In this document: positions 8,133 through 17,730 of the stretch, one piece after another
How positions within the stretch are numbered: position 1 is the stretch's first letter
Layout: each line of letters begins with the position of its first letter
Assembly: GCA_026391215.1 (NCBI GenBank)
Contig: JAPLDX010000043.1
Coordinates: forward strand, 1-25,400
From: Bacteroidia bacterium
GTDB lineage: Bacteria > Bacteroidota > Bacteroidia > Bacteroidales > VadinHA17
DNA length: 25,400 nt
Direction of reading: 5' to 3'
Made by a program: the position numbers and the translations under genes
The notes under the pieces: model-generated
The model's input: only the letters and a program-made list of their open reading frames with translations
The model's database searches: none
Told to the model about the DNA's origin: nothing

Positions 8133-9041
8133 ATGGAAAACACTTTGATAGTCTTACTCGGACCGACAAGCGTCGGGAAGACGGATATTTCTATCACTAT
8201 TGCCAGACACTTCAATTGTGAGATCATCTCCGCGGATTCCCGTCAGTTTTACCGTGAAATGATTATCGGAACAGCAGTCCCTTCAGAAGAACAACTTGCA
8301 GAAATAAAACATCATTTTATCCGGTTCATTTCAGCAGAGGATTATTACAGTGCAAGTCTTTTCGAAAGAGATGTACTTAAGATCCTGCCCGGACTGTTCA
8401 AAAAAAATAATCTTGTATTAATGACCGGAGGTTCAGCCATGTATATTGATGCCGTCTGCAGCGGCATAGATGATATCCCTGATGTTGATCCATCAGTCCG
8501 CGAGAAATATACTGCGAAATATCAGGAGGAAGGTATTTCCGGGCTGAGGCTTGCCCTGAAGATCCTTGATCCTGATCATTATGATAAAGTGGACCTTAAA
8601 AATCCAAAGAGGATAATCAGAGCCCTTGAGATATGTGAAACAACAGGACGCCCGTACTCTTCATTTCTGACAAAACAAAAGCTGGAAAGAGATTTCCGGA
8701 TTATAAAGACCGGACTTGAAAGACCCAGGGAAGAACTTTATAAAAGGATCAATGAAAGGGTTGATGATATGATCAGCAGCAGCCTGGAAAAAGAGGCTGA
8801 GAGTCTTCATGAACTGAAACACCTGAATGCCCTTAACAGTGTGGGATACAGGGAATTATTTGATTTCTTCGAAGGTAAGATATCAAGGGACAAGGCAATC
8901 GAGCTTATAAAACGGAATACCCGGCGCTACGCAAAACGTCAATTGACATGGTGGGGAAAGGACAAGGAGATCAAGTGGTTTGGGGCTGAAAAAGCTGATG
9001 AAATAATTAAATATATTGAGACCGCGATTAGATATTCTTAA
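8133..9041 (+). CDS. miaA: tRNA dimethylallyltransferase
   Basis: GPTSVGKT P-loop, DSRQFY, RIIRALE, TRRYAKRQLTW. Confidence 0.97.
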   Translation: MENTLIVLLGPTSVGKTDISITIARHFNCEIISADSRQFYREMIIGTAVPSEEQLAEIKHHFIRFISAEDYYSASLFERDVLKILPGLFKKNNLVLMTGGSAMYIDAVCSGIDDIPDVDPSVREKYTAKYQEEGISGLRLALKILDPDHYDKVDLKNPKRIIRALEICETTGRPYSSFLTKQKLERDFRIIKTGLERPREELYKRINERVDDMISSSLEKEAESLHELKHLNALNSVGYRELFDFFEGKISRDKAIELIKRNTRRYAKRQLTWWGKDKEIKWFGAEKADEIIKYIETAIRYS

Positions 9042-9678
9042 GCTTACTTATTGTTCCTTCAGGATCATCTGAACTGAAAACCGTGTTTCCTGCAACAAGA
9101 ACATTAACGCCTGTTTCCACAAGTTTGCCTGCATTTTCTAAATCAACTCCTCCGTCAACCTGGATCAATACCTTATGTCCGCCTTCGTCAATCATCTTCT
9201 TCAACTCAGCTATCTTATTATAGCTTTCAATAATAAATGACTGGCCTCCGAAGCCTGGATTGACTGTCATGATAAGGACCATATCAATATATTGCAGTAT
9301 ATTCTTCAGCAGCATCACAGGTGTGTGAGGATTGACAGCAACTCCTGCCTTCATTCCAAGCTTTCGTATCTCTGTAACTGTTCTCTGAAGATGCACACAT
9401 GCTTCATACTGCACAGTCAGAATTTCTGCACCGGCATCATGGAAACGCGTAAGATATCTGTCCGGATCCACTATCATCAGATGGACATCCAGAGGCTTTT
9501 CAGCAATTTTCCTGACATGCTGAATGACCGGGAAGCCAAATGAGATATTTGGAACAAACACGCCGTCCATAATGTCAAGATGGATCCAGTCTGCTTCACT
9601 GTTATTTACCATCCGGACATCCTTAGCGAGATTTCCGAAATCAGCAGTAAGAAGCGATGGAGATACGAAATGAGCCAT
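9028..9678 (-). CDS. rpe: Ribulose-phosphate 3-epimerase
   Basis: HLDIMDGVFVPN, DVHLM, MTVNPGFGGQ, VDGG. Confidence 0.97.
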   Translation of the reverse strand: MAHFVSPSLLTADFGNLAKDVRMVNNSEADWIHLDIMDGVFVPNISFGFPVIQHVRKIAEKPLDVHLMIVDPDRYLTRFHDAGAEILTVQYEACVHLQRTVTEIRKLGMKAGVAVNPHTPVMLLKNILQYIDMVLIMTVNPGFGGQSFIIESYNKIAELKKMIDEGGHKVLIQVDGGVDLENAGKLVETGVNVLVAGNTVFSSDDPEGTISKLKNI

Positions 9679-9694
9679 TTAAGGTTGTTTAGAA

Positions 9695-9702
9695 CAAAGA
9701 TA
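9695..9702 (-). promoter_or_regulatory. -7 box TATCTTTG for rpe
   Basis: CAAAGATA on the + strand, 16 nt upstream of the rpe ATG. Confidence 0.6.
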
Positions 9703-9712
9703 GAAAAAATAG

Positions 9713-10576
9713 TTAACCCAGGTAAGTTTTGAGTATTCTGCAGCGTGTTGTAAATTGTATTCTCTTTATTGCTTTTTCTTTTATCTGGCGTACTCGTTCA
9801 CGTGTAAGGTTAAGCTCCTCTCCTATCTCTTCAAGCGTGAAGGGGTGTTTCATCCCCAGTCCGAAATAGAGCTTCAGAACTTTCGATTCACGGGCTGAAA
9901 GAGTGCTCAGGGCCCGTTCTATTTCATAAGCAAGTGACTCATTAATAAGGTTCTTATCGGGACTCGGAGTGTCGACACTCTGAAGCACATCATACATGGT
10001 GTTATCCTCTTCAGATGTTAAGGGTGCATCCATGCTGACAGTACGGCCGTTTGTTTTCAGCGACTCCTTAACATCCTCAGGTATCATTTCAAGCATATCT
10101 GCTATTTCCTGTGATGAAGGTTCACGCTCATATTCCTGTTCAAGGCGCGCGAATGCCCTGTTGATACGGTTTATCGAACCAATCTTGTTTACCGGCAATC
10201 TTACTATCCTTGCCTGTTCTGCCAGCGCCTGGAGAATTGCCTGCCGTATCCACCAAACTGCATATGAGATGAATTTGAAGCCCCTTGTCTCATCAAAACG
10301 CTGTGCCGCTTTCATCAGTCCGAGATTACCCTCATTGATAAGATCAGGAAGGCTCATTCCCTGGTTCTGATACTGTTTCGCAACAGATACCACAAACCGG
10401 AGATTTGCCTTTACGAGCTTCTTAAGAGCACTGGGATCGCCTGATTTGATTCTTCTTGCCAGAATCACCTCATCCTCGGGTGAAATAAGATCAACTTTTC
10501 CTATCTCCTGCAGGTATTTGTCAAGAGAGGGGGTGTCGCGATTTGTTACCTGCTTTGTAATCTTTAACTGACGCAT
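9713..10576 (-). CDS. rpoD: Sigma-70 factor, Bacteroidota RpoD/SigA-type (no region 1.1)
   Basis: MRQLKITK start, [40 protein letters not shown]...TRERVRQI; 287 aa. Confidence 0.9.
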   Translation of the reverse strand: MRQLKITKQVTNRDTPSLDKYLQEIGKVDLISPEDEVILARRIKSGDPSALKKLVKANLRFVVSVAKQYQNQGMSLPDLINEGNLGLMKAAQRFDETRGFKFISYAVWWIRQAILQALAEQARIVRLPVNKIGSINRINRAFARLEQEYEREPSSQEIADMLEMIPEDVKESLKTNGRTVSMDAPLTSEEDNTMYDVLQSVDTPSPDKNLINESLAYEIERALSTLSARESKVLKLYFGLGMKHPFTLEEIGEELNLTRERVRQIKEKAIKRIQFTTRCRILKTYLG

Positions 10577-10669
10577 TTACAGGCTTTAGTTATAAATTCA
10601 AAGAAATTCCTGACAAGAGGTACAATTTTAATAAAAAAATAATCTCATCCGACATTAAATTGTTTTTTT

Positions 10670-10701
10670 TTTGAAAGATCAGAGATTATTTAGTATATTG
10701 C
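10670..10701 (+). promoter_or_regulatory. Candidate rho promoter (TTTG-20-TATATTGC) giving a ~210-nt leader
   Basis: -33 TTTG at 10670-10673; variant -7 box at 10694-10701. Confidence 0.45.
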
Positions 10702-10918
10702 ATGGTTATTTTTCATCCTGAATATCAAATTATTAGTTAATTTGATTTAAGACCGTTGCATTTTAATAACATTTGACAGGAAATAATTGATCATTTTTAT
10801 ATAATATTGCCCCGGATTTTGGATTCGTGTAACTAATCCGCCGGGCACATCACCAAATCTTAACCCGGATTTCCACAAAACATTAAGATCTCGTTAATCC
10901 CATTTTTATCATTAAAAT

Positions 10919-12835
10919 ATGTATGACATTCTTGAGTTGAGCAAAAAATTGCTGCCCGAATTAAGGGAAATAGCAAAAGAACTTAATATTAAAAAAGCTG
11001 AAACGTTAAAGAAACAGGACCTGGTATATAAGATCCTTGATCAGCAGGCACTTGAGGCCACTGAACAAAAGAGCGCCGGGAAACAGGAAATCAACGGATT
11101 CATCAAACCGGCTGAACGGTTAAACCAGGACCATGATCGTGGTCGCAGACGGGGGAAAAGACCCAGAACAAGTAAACCTGTGACCAACCGCCCTCCGGAA
11201 TCGGTTATGTCCGTTTCACCTGACGATCTTAAAAGGCCGGGAGAACAGTGGGATGAACAGAAGAAGGATTCTGCCAATACGGAAAAGCCCAATGGTAAAC
11301 CTGATCTTTTTAAAATAACAGAGCCGGCAGGAGAAGAAGCTAAAGTTCCCTTCTGGATGAGCCCTGTCCAGAAAACCGAAGATAAAGTACAAAAACCTGT
11401 AATACCTGACAAAATGGAAGATAAACAGCCTGAAGAAATTATCCCTGAGACAATTCCGGAAACTATTCAGGAAAATTCTCTCCTTATCGATAATATAGAT
11501 ATTCCCGATAATGAGATAAAAGCCTCAGATGAAGTGCCTCCTGCAGAGATCAATGCAGAACCTGTCCTGAATGAGGTTATGCCTGAAACGGCATCTGAAA
11601 CTGAATCTAAGACTGTACCTGATGAAGTTCCAGAAGCTATACCCGAAACTGCCCCGGTAACGGTGACTGAAGCAGTTCCTGTCAGGGAAGAAAAAAAGGA
11701 ACGGCCTTTTGAATTTGAAGGCATTATTTATAATACAGGCGTACTTGAGATAATGCCTGATGGTTATGGCTTCCTCAGATCAGCCGACTACAACTATCTG
11801 AATTCACCTGATGACATTTACGTATCACAGTCGCAGATCAAGCTCTTTGGCCTTAAGACCGGCGATACAATCAAGGGGACCATTCGTCCTCCCAAGGAAG
11901 GTGAAAAGTATTTTCCGCTTATCAAGGTAGACGAGATCAATGGAAGAAGTCCCGATTATATAAGGGACAGGGTTCCTTTTGATTTTCTTACTCCGCTTTT
12001 CCCCAATGAGAAATTCACTCTTTGCACACCGGGAGAAGGAACATTATCTGTAAGGGTGATTGATATGTTCACTCCTATCGGAAAAGGACAGAGGGGACTG
12101 ATAGTAGCCCAGCCCAAAACCGGTAAGACAATCCTGCTCCAGGAGATTGCCAATGCAATAGCCAGATATCATCCTGAGGTATATCTGATGATCCTCCTCA
12201 TTGATGAAAGACCTGAAGAGGTAACAGATATGGCCCGTAATGTTAAAGCTGAAGTAATCGCTTCGACTTTTGATGAGCCTGCTGAAAGGCATTGCCGCGT
12301 TGCAAATATAGTTCTTGAAAAAGCGAAGAGGCTTGTTGAATGCGGACATGATGTAGTTATCCTGCTTGATTCCATCACAAGGCTCGCAAGAGCATTTAAC
12401 ACAACTGCACCTGCTTCAGGTAAAGTGCTGTCAGGTGGAGTTGATTCTAATGCGCTTCATAAACCTAAAAGGTTTTTCGGTGCAGCGCGTAATATTGAAG
12501 ATGGAGGCTCACTGACAATCCTGGCCACGGCCCTCACTGAAACAGGATCAAAAATGGATGATGTGATCTTTGAGGAATTCAAGGGAACCGGCAACATGGA
12601 ATTGCAGCTCGACCGTAAACTATCAAACAGGAGAATATTCCCGTCCATTGATATCCCTGCTTCCAGTACACGCCGTGAGGATCTTCTTCTGAACAAGAAC
12701 ATCCTGCAGAAGATATGGGTATTACGCAACTATCTTGCTGATATGAACTCACTTGAAGCAATGGAATTTCTACGTGACAGGCTGATGCAGGCTAAATCGA
12801 ATGAAGAGTTCCTGGTTTCAATGAATGGAGGATAA
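10919..12835 (+). CDS. rho: Transcription termination factor Rho with a long N-terminal insertion
   Basis: Rho_N helix bundle, [56 protein letters not shown]. Confidence 0.98.
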   Translation: MYDILELSKKLLPELREIAKELNIKKAETLKKQDLVYKILDQQALEATEQKSAGKQEINGFIKPAERLNQDHDRGRRRGKRPRTSKPVTNRPPESVMSVSPDDLKRPGEQWDEQKKDSANTEKPNGKPDLFKITEPAGEEAKVPFWMSPVQKTEDKVQKPVIPDKMEDKQPEEIIPETIPETIQENSLLIDNIDIPDNEIKASDEVPPAEINAEPVLNEVMPETASETESKTVPDEVPEAIPETAPVTVTEAVPVREEKKERPFEFEGIIYNTGVLEIMPDGYGFLRSADYNYLNSPDDIYVSQSQIKLFGLKTGDTIKGTIRPPKEGEKYFPLIKVDEINGRSPDYIRDRVPFDFLTPLFPNEKFTLCTPGEGTLSVRVIDMFTPIGKGQRGLIVAQPKTGKTILLQEIANAIARYHPEVYLMILLIDERPEEVTDMARNVKAEVIASTFDEPAERHCRVANIVLEKAKRLVECGHDVVILLDSITRLARAFNTTAPASGKVLSGGVDSNALHKPKRFFGAARNIEDGGSLTILATALTETGSKMDDVIFEEFKGTGNMELQLDRKLSNRRIFPSIDIPASSTRREDLLLNKNILQKIWVLRNYLADMNSLEAMEFLRDRLMQAKSNEEFLVSMNGG

Positions 12836-12852
12836 CCGATCTGTATTTATAT

Positions 12853-12860
12853 TAAATTTG
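12853..12860 (+). promoter_or_regulatory. -7 box TAAATTTG for nifJ
   Basis: Consensus TAnnTTTG, 47 nt upstream of the ATG. Confidence 0.55.
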
Positions 12861-12907
12861 CAATCTGTTGATAAAACAACACAAATCCATATTTTATACT
12901 TATTACA

Positions 12908-15900
12908 ATGGCAACAAAAAAATTCATAACATGCGACGGTAACCAGGCCGCTTCGCACATTGCATATATGTTCAGCGAAGTCGCTGCCATATATCCGATT
13001 ACACCCTCATCCACAATGGCTGAATTAATAGATGAATGGTCAGCTAATGGTTTGAAAAATATGTTTGGAGAACAGGTAAAAGTTGTTGAAATGCAATCGG
13101 AAGGCGGGGCTGCAGGTGCAGTTCACGGTGCACTCCAGGCTGGTGCCCTCTGCACAACTTATACTTGTTCACAGGGATTGCTGCTCATGATCCCGAATAT
13201 GTACAAGATTGCAGGAGAACTTCTTCCAGCTGTATTCCATGTCAGCGCCCGTACTATTGCAGCCCATTCATTGTCAATTTTTGGTGATCACAGTGATATC
13301 TATGCAACACGCCAGACCGGATTTGCCATGCTGGCAAGCGGAAGTGTTCAGGAGATAATGGATCTTGCAGGCGTCGCTCACCTGACTGCAATAAAATCAA
13401 GGATCCCTTTTATACATTTCTTCGACGGATTCCGCTCATCAGCTGAGATTCAGAAAATCGAAGTACTTGAAATGGATGATTTGAAAAAGCTTCTTGATAT
13501 GGAAGCCCTTAAGAGATTTCGCGACAATGCCCTGAATCCGGAACATCCTGTAACAAAAGGAACAGCCCAGAATCCGGATATTTTCTTCCAGGCAAAAGAA
13601 GCTATAAATAAATTCTATGAACCGGTGCCCGATATTGTCAATTCATACATGGCCGAGATTTCAAAGCTTACGGGAAGGGAATATAAGCCATTTACATATT
13701 ACGGCGCACCTGATGCTGAAAACATAATAGTCGCAATGGGATCAATAACCGAAACCACAAAAGAAGTAATTGATTTCCTGAGGGCTAAAGGCGAAAAAGT
13801 CGGATTGATAAGCGTTCATCTTTATCGTCCCTTCTCTTCAAAATATTTCTTTAATGTATTCCCTGAATCAGTTAAAAAGATAACTGTTCTTGACAGGACA
13901 AAAGAACCGGGCGCCCTGGGAGAACCTCTTTACCTGGATATTAAAGATCTGTTCTATGACAGGGCTGAAAAGCCAGTTATTGTCGGCGGCCGTTACGGAC
14001 TCAGCTCAAAGGATACAACCCCCAGCCATGTTCTTTCAGTATTCGAGAATATGAAGCTTAAAGAGCCGAAGAATCAGTTCACGGTAGGGATAGTCGATGA
14101 TGTGACATTCAAATCACTTCCCATCCTTCCCGAAATACATGTGGCTCTCCCCGGAACTTATTCAGCAAAATTCTATGGACTGGGATCTGACGGGACCGTT
14201 GGTGCAAATAAGAACTCGATTAAGATCATCGGTGAAACAACAGATAAATACTGTCAGGCATATTTTGCTTACGATTCAAAAAAATCAGGAGGCATAACCA
14301 CATCGCATCTGCGCTTTGGTGATAAGCCGATACGCTCGCCGTACCTGGTTAACACACCTGACTTTGTTGCATGCCATGTTCCGTCGTATCTTCATAAATA
14401 TGACATGCTTAAAGGCCTTACAAAAGGAGGAACATTCCTGCTCAATTCGATCTGGGATGCTGAAGAGACCAAAAAGCGCCTTCCTGATCATATGAAGAAA
14501 TATCTTGCAGAGAACAAGATCAACTTCTATATGATAAATGCAACAGCTATTGCTGAAGAGCTGGGACTGGGGACGAGGACCAACACCATCATGCAGGCTG
14601 CATTCTTCAAGCTTGCAAATGTAATCCCCTATGAAAAGGCAGAATCAGAAATGAAGAAATTCATCGATAAATCATACGGCAGAAAAGGGGAAAGCGTAGT
14701 TAACATGAACTATGCCGCTGTTGATAAAGGCTCAGGAGTTAAAAAGGTTGAGATACCTGCAGAATGGGCAAACATACAGGTCACACAGGAAAAGGATAAC
14801 CGCAATATTCCTGAATTCATACGAAATGTGATGGAACCAATTAATGCGATGAAAGGTGATGATCTTCCTGTAAGTGCCTTCTTAGGAAGAGAAGATGGCA
14901 CCTTCCCGTCAGGAACATCTGCCTATGAAAAACGCGGTATTGCTGTTAACGTTCCCGAATGGCAGCCTGGCGAGTGCATTCAGTGCAACCAGTGCTCTTA
15001 CGTATGTCCTCATGCAGCCATTCGTCCATTCCTGCTAACAGAAGAAGAAGTCGCTAAAGCACCTGAAGGAACAAAGACGATCCAGGGTATACCCGGGGCT
15101 CTCAAACAGTACAAATTCAAGGTACAGGTAAGCGTTCTTGACTGCACCGGCTGCAGCAACTGCGCCGATGTTTGTCCGTCAAAGAATAAAGCTCTGATTA
15201 TGAAGCCTCTGGAAACACAGCTCGCTGAAGTTGAACGCTGGACCTACATGCATGAGAAAGTCGGTTACAAGGATACTGTTGTTGATAAATTTGTAAATGT
15301 GAAGAACAGCCAGTTCTCACAGCCACTGTTTGAATTCTCGGGTGCCTGCTCAGGTTGCGGTGAAACTCCGTATATCAAGGCTATCACCCAGCTCTTCGGC
15401 GACAGGATGATTGTTGCCAATGCTACTGGATGTTCATCAATTTATGGCGGCTCCGCTCCTTGCACACCATACACCCATAATAAGGCTGGTCATGGTGTCG
15501 CTTGGGCAAACTCACTATTTGAGGATAATGCTGAATATGGCCTTGGTATATCGTTGGGCGTCAATAAGCTCAGAGACAGGATCGCCCTCAGGATGAAGGA
15601 GAACAGCGGTTCTGTAGGCGCTGATACTAAAGCTGCATTTGATGAATGGCTTGCAGGGATGCAAAATGCTGAAGCTTCAAAAGCAGCCTCAGCAAAAGTG
15701 ATTGCAGCCTGTGAGAAAGATAAATCGGAAGTCGCAAAAGAAATACTTAGCCTGAAACAATATCTGGTCAAGAAATCGCACTGGATATTCGGTGGCGACG
15801 GATGGGCATATGATATAGGTTACGGCGGACTGGACCATGTTCTTGCCTCCGGTGAGGACGTAAATGTCCTTGTCCTGGATACTGAAGTATATTCAAATAC

Positions 15901-16456
15901 AGGAGGACAGGCTTCCAAATCGACTCCTGCCGGAGCTGTTGCCAAATTTGCCGCATCGGGCAAGAAGATCCGCAAGAAAGATCTTGGACAGATGGCAATG
16001 AGCTACGGCTATGTTTATGTTGCCCAGGTTGCAATGGGTGCAAGCAATGCACAGTACCTCAAGGCAATAAAAGAAGCTGAAGCTTACCATGGACCGTCAC
16101 TCATAATTGCTTATTCACCATGTATAAATCATGGATTAAGTGATGGTATGGGGAAAACCCAGGCCCAGGAAAAAGCAGCTGTTGTTGCCGGTTACTGGCA
16201 TTTGTACAGGTTTAATCCGCTGCTTGAAGCAGAAGGAAAGAATCCGTTCACCCTCGATTCAAAGGAACCAGACTGGACTAAATTCCAGGCTTTTCTGAAT
16301 TCGGAAGTACGTTATACATCACTTATCAAGGCGTTCCCCGGTGAGGCTGAAATACTCTTCAAAGCAGCCGAGGAGAATTCAAAATGGAGGTATAACTCCT
16401 ACAAGAGACTTGCAGCAATGGAATATGCTGTAAAAACGGAGCAACCTGCCAACTGA
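12908..16456 (+). CDS. nifJ: Pyruvate:ferredoxin (flavodoxin) oxidoreductase, homodimeric
   Basis: YPITP, two CxxCxxCxxxCP clusters, FSGACSGCGE, TPP-binding GGDGWAYDIG; 1182 aa. Confidence 0.98.
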   Translation: MATKKFITCDGNQAASHIAYMFSEVAAIYPITPSSTMAELIDEWSANGLKNMFGEQVKVVEMQSEGGAAGAVHGALQAGALCTTYTCSQGLLLMIPNMYKIAGELLPAVFHVSARTIAAHSLSIFGDHSDIYATRQTGFAMLASGSVQEIMDLAGVAHLTAIKSRIPFIHFFDGFRSSAEIQKIEVLEMDDLKKLLDMEALKRFRDNALNPEHPVTKGTAQNPDIFFQAKEAINKFYEPVPDIVNSYMAEISKLTGREYKPFTYYGAPDAENIIVAMGSITETTKEVIDFLRAKGEKVGLISVHLYRPFSSKYFFNVFPESVKKITVLDRTKEPGALGEPLYLDIKDLFYDRAEKPVIVGGRYGLSSKDTTPSHVLSVFENMKLKEPKNQFTVGIVDDVTFKSLPILPEIHVALPGTYSAKFYGLGSDGTVGANKNSIKIIGETTDKYCQAYFAYDSKKSGGITTSHLRFGDKPIRSPYLVNTPDFVACHVPSYLHKYDMLKGLTKGGTFLLNSIWDAEETKKRLPDHMKKYLAENKINFYMINATAIAEELGLGTRTNTIMQAAFFKLANVIPYEKAESEMKKFIDKSYGRKGESVVNMNYAAVDKGSGVKKVEIPAEWANIQVTQEKDNRNIPEFIRNVMEPINAMKGDDLPVSAFLGREDGTFPSGTSAYEKRGIAVNVPEWQPGECIQCNQCSYVCPHAAIRPFLLTEEEVAKAPEGTKTIQGIPGALKQYKFKVQVSVLDCTGCSNCADVCPSKNKALIMKPLETQLAEVERWTYMHEKVGYKDTVVDKFVNVKNSQFSQPLFEFSGACSGCGETPYIKAITQLFGDRMIVANATGCSSIYGGSAPCTPYTHNKAGHGVAWANSLFEDNAEYGLGISLGVNKLRDRIALRMKENSGSVGADTKAAFDEWLAGMQNAEASKAASAKVIAACEKDKSEVAKEILSLKQYLVKKSHWIFGGDGWAYDIGYGGLDHVLASGEDVNVLVLDTEVYSNTGGQASKSTPAGAVAKFAASGKKIRKKDLGQMAMSYGYVYVAQVAMGASNAQYLKAIKEAEAYHGPSLIIAYSPCINHGLSDGMGKTQAQEKAAVVAGYWHLYRFNPLLEAEGKNPFTLDSKEPDWTKFQAFLNSEVRYTSLIKAFPGEAEILFKAAEENSKWRYNSYKRLAAMEYAVKTEQPAN

Positions 16457-16459
16457 TAT

Positions 16460-16491
16460 AAAAAGCCACCAGAAAGGTGGCTTTTTTATTT
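16460..16491 (+). terminator. Intrinsic (likely bidirectional) terminator of nifJ
   Basis: AAAAAGCCACC-agaaa-GGTGGCTTTTT followed by TATTT. Confidence 0.9.
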
Positions 16492-16499
16492 AATATGAT

Positions 16500-16561
16500 G
16501 CTGGCGCGGATCTGTGATTAGAGCCTTCACAGCAAGGCACCGATTACAAATCGGCGCCAGC
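16500..16561. repeat. REP doublet (GCTGGCGCGGAT.../...ATCGGCGCCAGC)
   Basis: 28-nt arms 16500-16527 and 16534-16561 are 22/28 complementary; the right arm is itself a hairpin (GGCACCGATT-aca-AATCGGCGCC). Confidence 0.75.
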
Positions 16562-16577
16562 GTGGGTCGTGGGGTCA

Positions 16578-16610
16578 TTTGTGATCCTATTTCTTTTATT
16601 ATTACTTTTG
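16578..16610 (+). promoter_or_regulatory. ruvX-def promoter (TTTG-21-TACTTTTG)
   Basis: Both consensus boxes present. Confidence 0.65.
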
Positions 16611-16621
16611 TGCGATAATAT

Positions 16622-17038
16622 ATGATGGGAAGAATTATTGGAATAGACTACGGCAAAAAGCGGATAGGTCTGGCAGTTACAGATCCATTGAAGATATTTG
16701 CTTCTCCCTTAAAGACTGTCAGTGTACAGGAATTTGATGCTTACATTGATGAATATCTTAAATCGGAACAGGTTGATGCGTTCGTAATTGGTTACCCGGT
16801 TCAGATGAACAATAAGCCGAGCGAATCTGTTAAATTTATTGACCCATTCATTAAAAAGCTAAAAAAGAGATTTACCGGAAAACCTGTGTATCTTGTTGAT
16901 GAGAGGTTTACCTCTAAAATGGCTTTCAGGGCAATGATAGACGGAGGGATAAAAAAAGAAAAAAGAAAGGATAAGACATTAATTGACAAAATAAGCGCAT
17001 CCCTGATACTTCAGTCCTGGCTTGACAAAAAAGTGTAA
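16622..17038 (+). CDS. ruvX: YqgF/RuvX pre-16S rRNA nuclease (Holliday junction resolvase-like)
   Basis: GIDYGKKRIGLAVTD, VDERFTS, DKISASLILQSWL. Confidence 0.95.
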   Translation: MMGRIIGIDYGKKRIGLAVTDPLKIFASPLKTVSVQEFDAYIDEYLKSEQVDAFVIGYPVQMNNKPSESVKFIDPFIKKLKKRFTGKPVYLVDERFTSKMAFRAMIDGGIKKEKRKDKTLIDKISASLILQSWLDKKV

Positions 17039-17052
17039 AACATAAAATCAGA

Positions 17053-17625
17053 ATGACATACCCAATAGTTATATACGGACATGCGATCCTGAGAAAGGTT
17101 GCCGAGGATATTGATAAGGATCATCCTGATCTGCAAAAGGTCATTACTGACCTGTTTGAGACAATGTATAACTCGGAAGGACTAGGACTTGCTGCTCCCC
17201 AGATCGGAAAATCGATCAGGATATTTGTCATTGACGGCACTCCTGTAGCTGAGGACGAACCTTCACTTGCAGGCTTTAAGAAAGCCTTTATCAATGCTCA
17301 CATTACCGAGAAGAACGGTGATCTGCAGCCTATGAATGAAGGATGCCTGAGTATTCCAAACTTAAGGGAAGAAGTCAACCGGGAATCGCATATCAGGATT
17401 AAATACTATGATGAAAACTGGGAATTCCATGATGAGATTTATGACGGTTACAAGGCAAGGATAATCCAGCATGAATATGATCATCTTGATGGTATACTGT
17501 TCACCGATAAGGTCAGTCCGCTGAGGAGAAGGCTCATCAGGAACAAACTTCTGGCTATCAGCAAAGGCAAGTTTGAAGCCGATTACAGGACAATCCTCCC
17601 GGGTCAGAAGATAAAAAGTGCCTAG
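17053..17625 (+). CDS. def: Peptide deformylase
   Basis: GLGLAAPQIG, EGCLS, QHEYDHL motifs. Confidence 0.97.
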   Translation: MTYPIVIYGHAILRKVAEDIDKDHPDLQKVITDLFETMYNSEGLGLAAPQIGKSIRIFVIDGTPVAEDEPSLAGFKKAFINAHITEKNGDLQPMNEGCLSIPNLREEVNRESHIRIKYYDENWEFHDEIYDGYKARIIQHEYDHLDGILFTDKVSPLRRRLIRNKLLAISKGKFEADYRTILPGQKIKSA

Positions 17626-17695
17626 AGTACTTAGAGTTAAAAAATGACCTTAAAATACTTTAGGCACTAAAAACTCTAGGCGCTTTAAGTACTTT
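17615..17695. repeat. Inverted array of 9-bp units (AAAGTGCCT-like) overlapping the def stop codon
   Basis: AAAGTGCCT-AGAGTACTT-AGAGTT (17615-17638) faces ACTTTAGGCACT (17657-17668) and AACTCT-AGGCGCTTT-AAGTACTTT (17672-17695). Confidence 0.7.
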
Positions 17696-17730
17696 TTCCT
17701 AACTTTATACAGTCTCTAAAGCTGCAGGCT

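Noticed and set aside
9028-9041. Convergent 3' overlaps (miaA/rpe 14 nt; GT2/gmhB 11 nt at 24981-24991)
   Set aside because: Short convergent overlaps are common and both genes in each pair are intact.
10702-10740. 12-codon ORF (MVIFHPEYQIIS) at the start of the rho leader
   Set aside because: The ATG abuts the -7 box and probably lies upstream of the TSS; no supporting features.
17615-17695. Possible CRISPR-like repeats
   Set aside because: Units are 9 bp and inverted, with no spacers and no cas genes.
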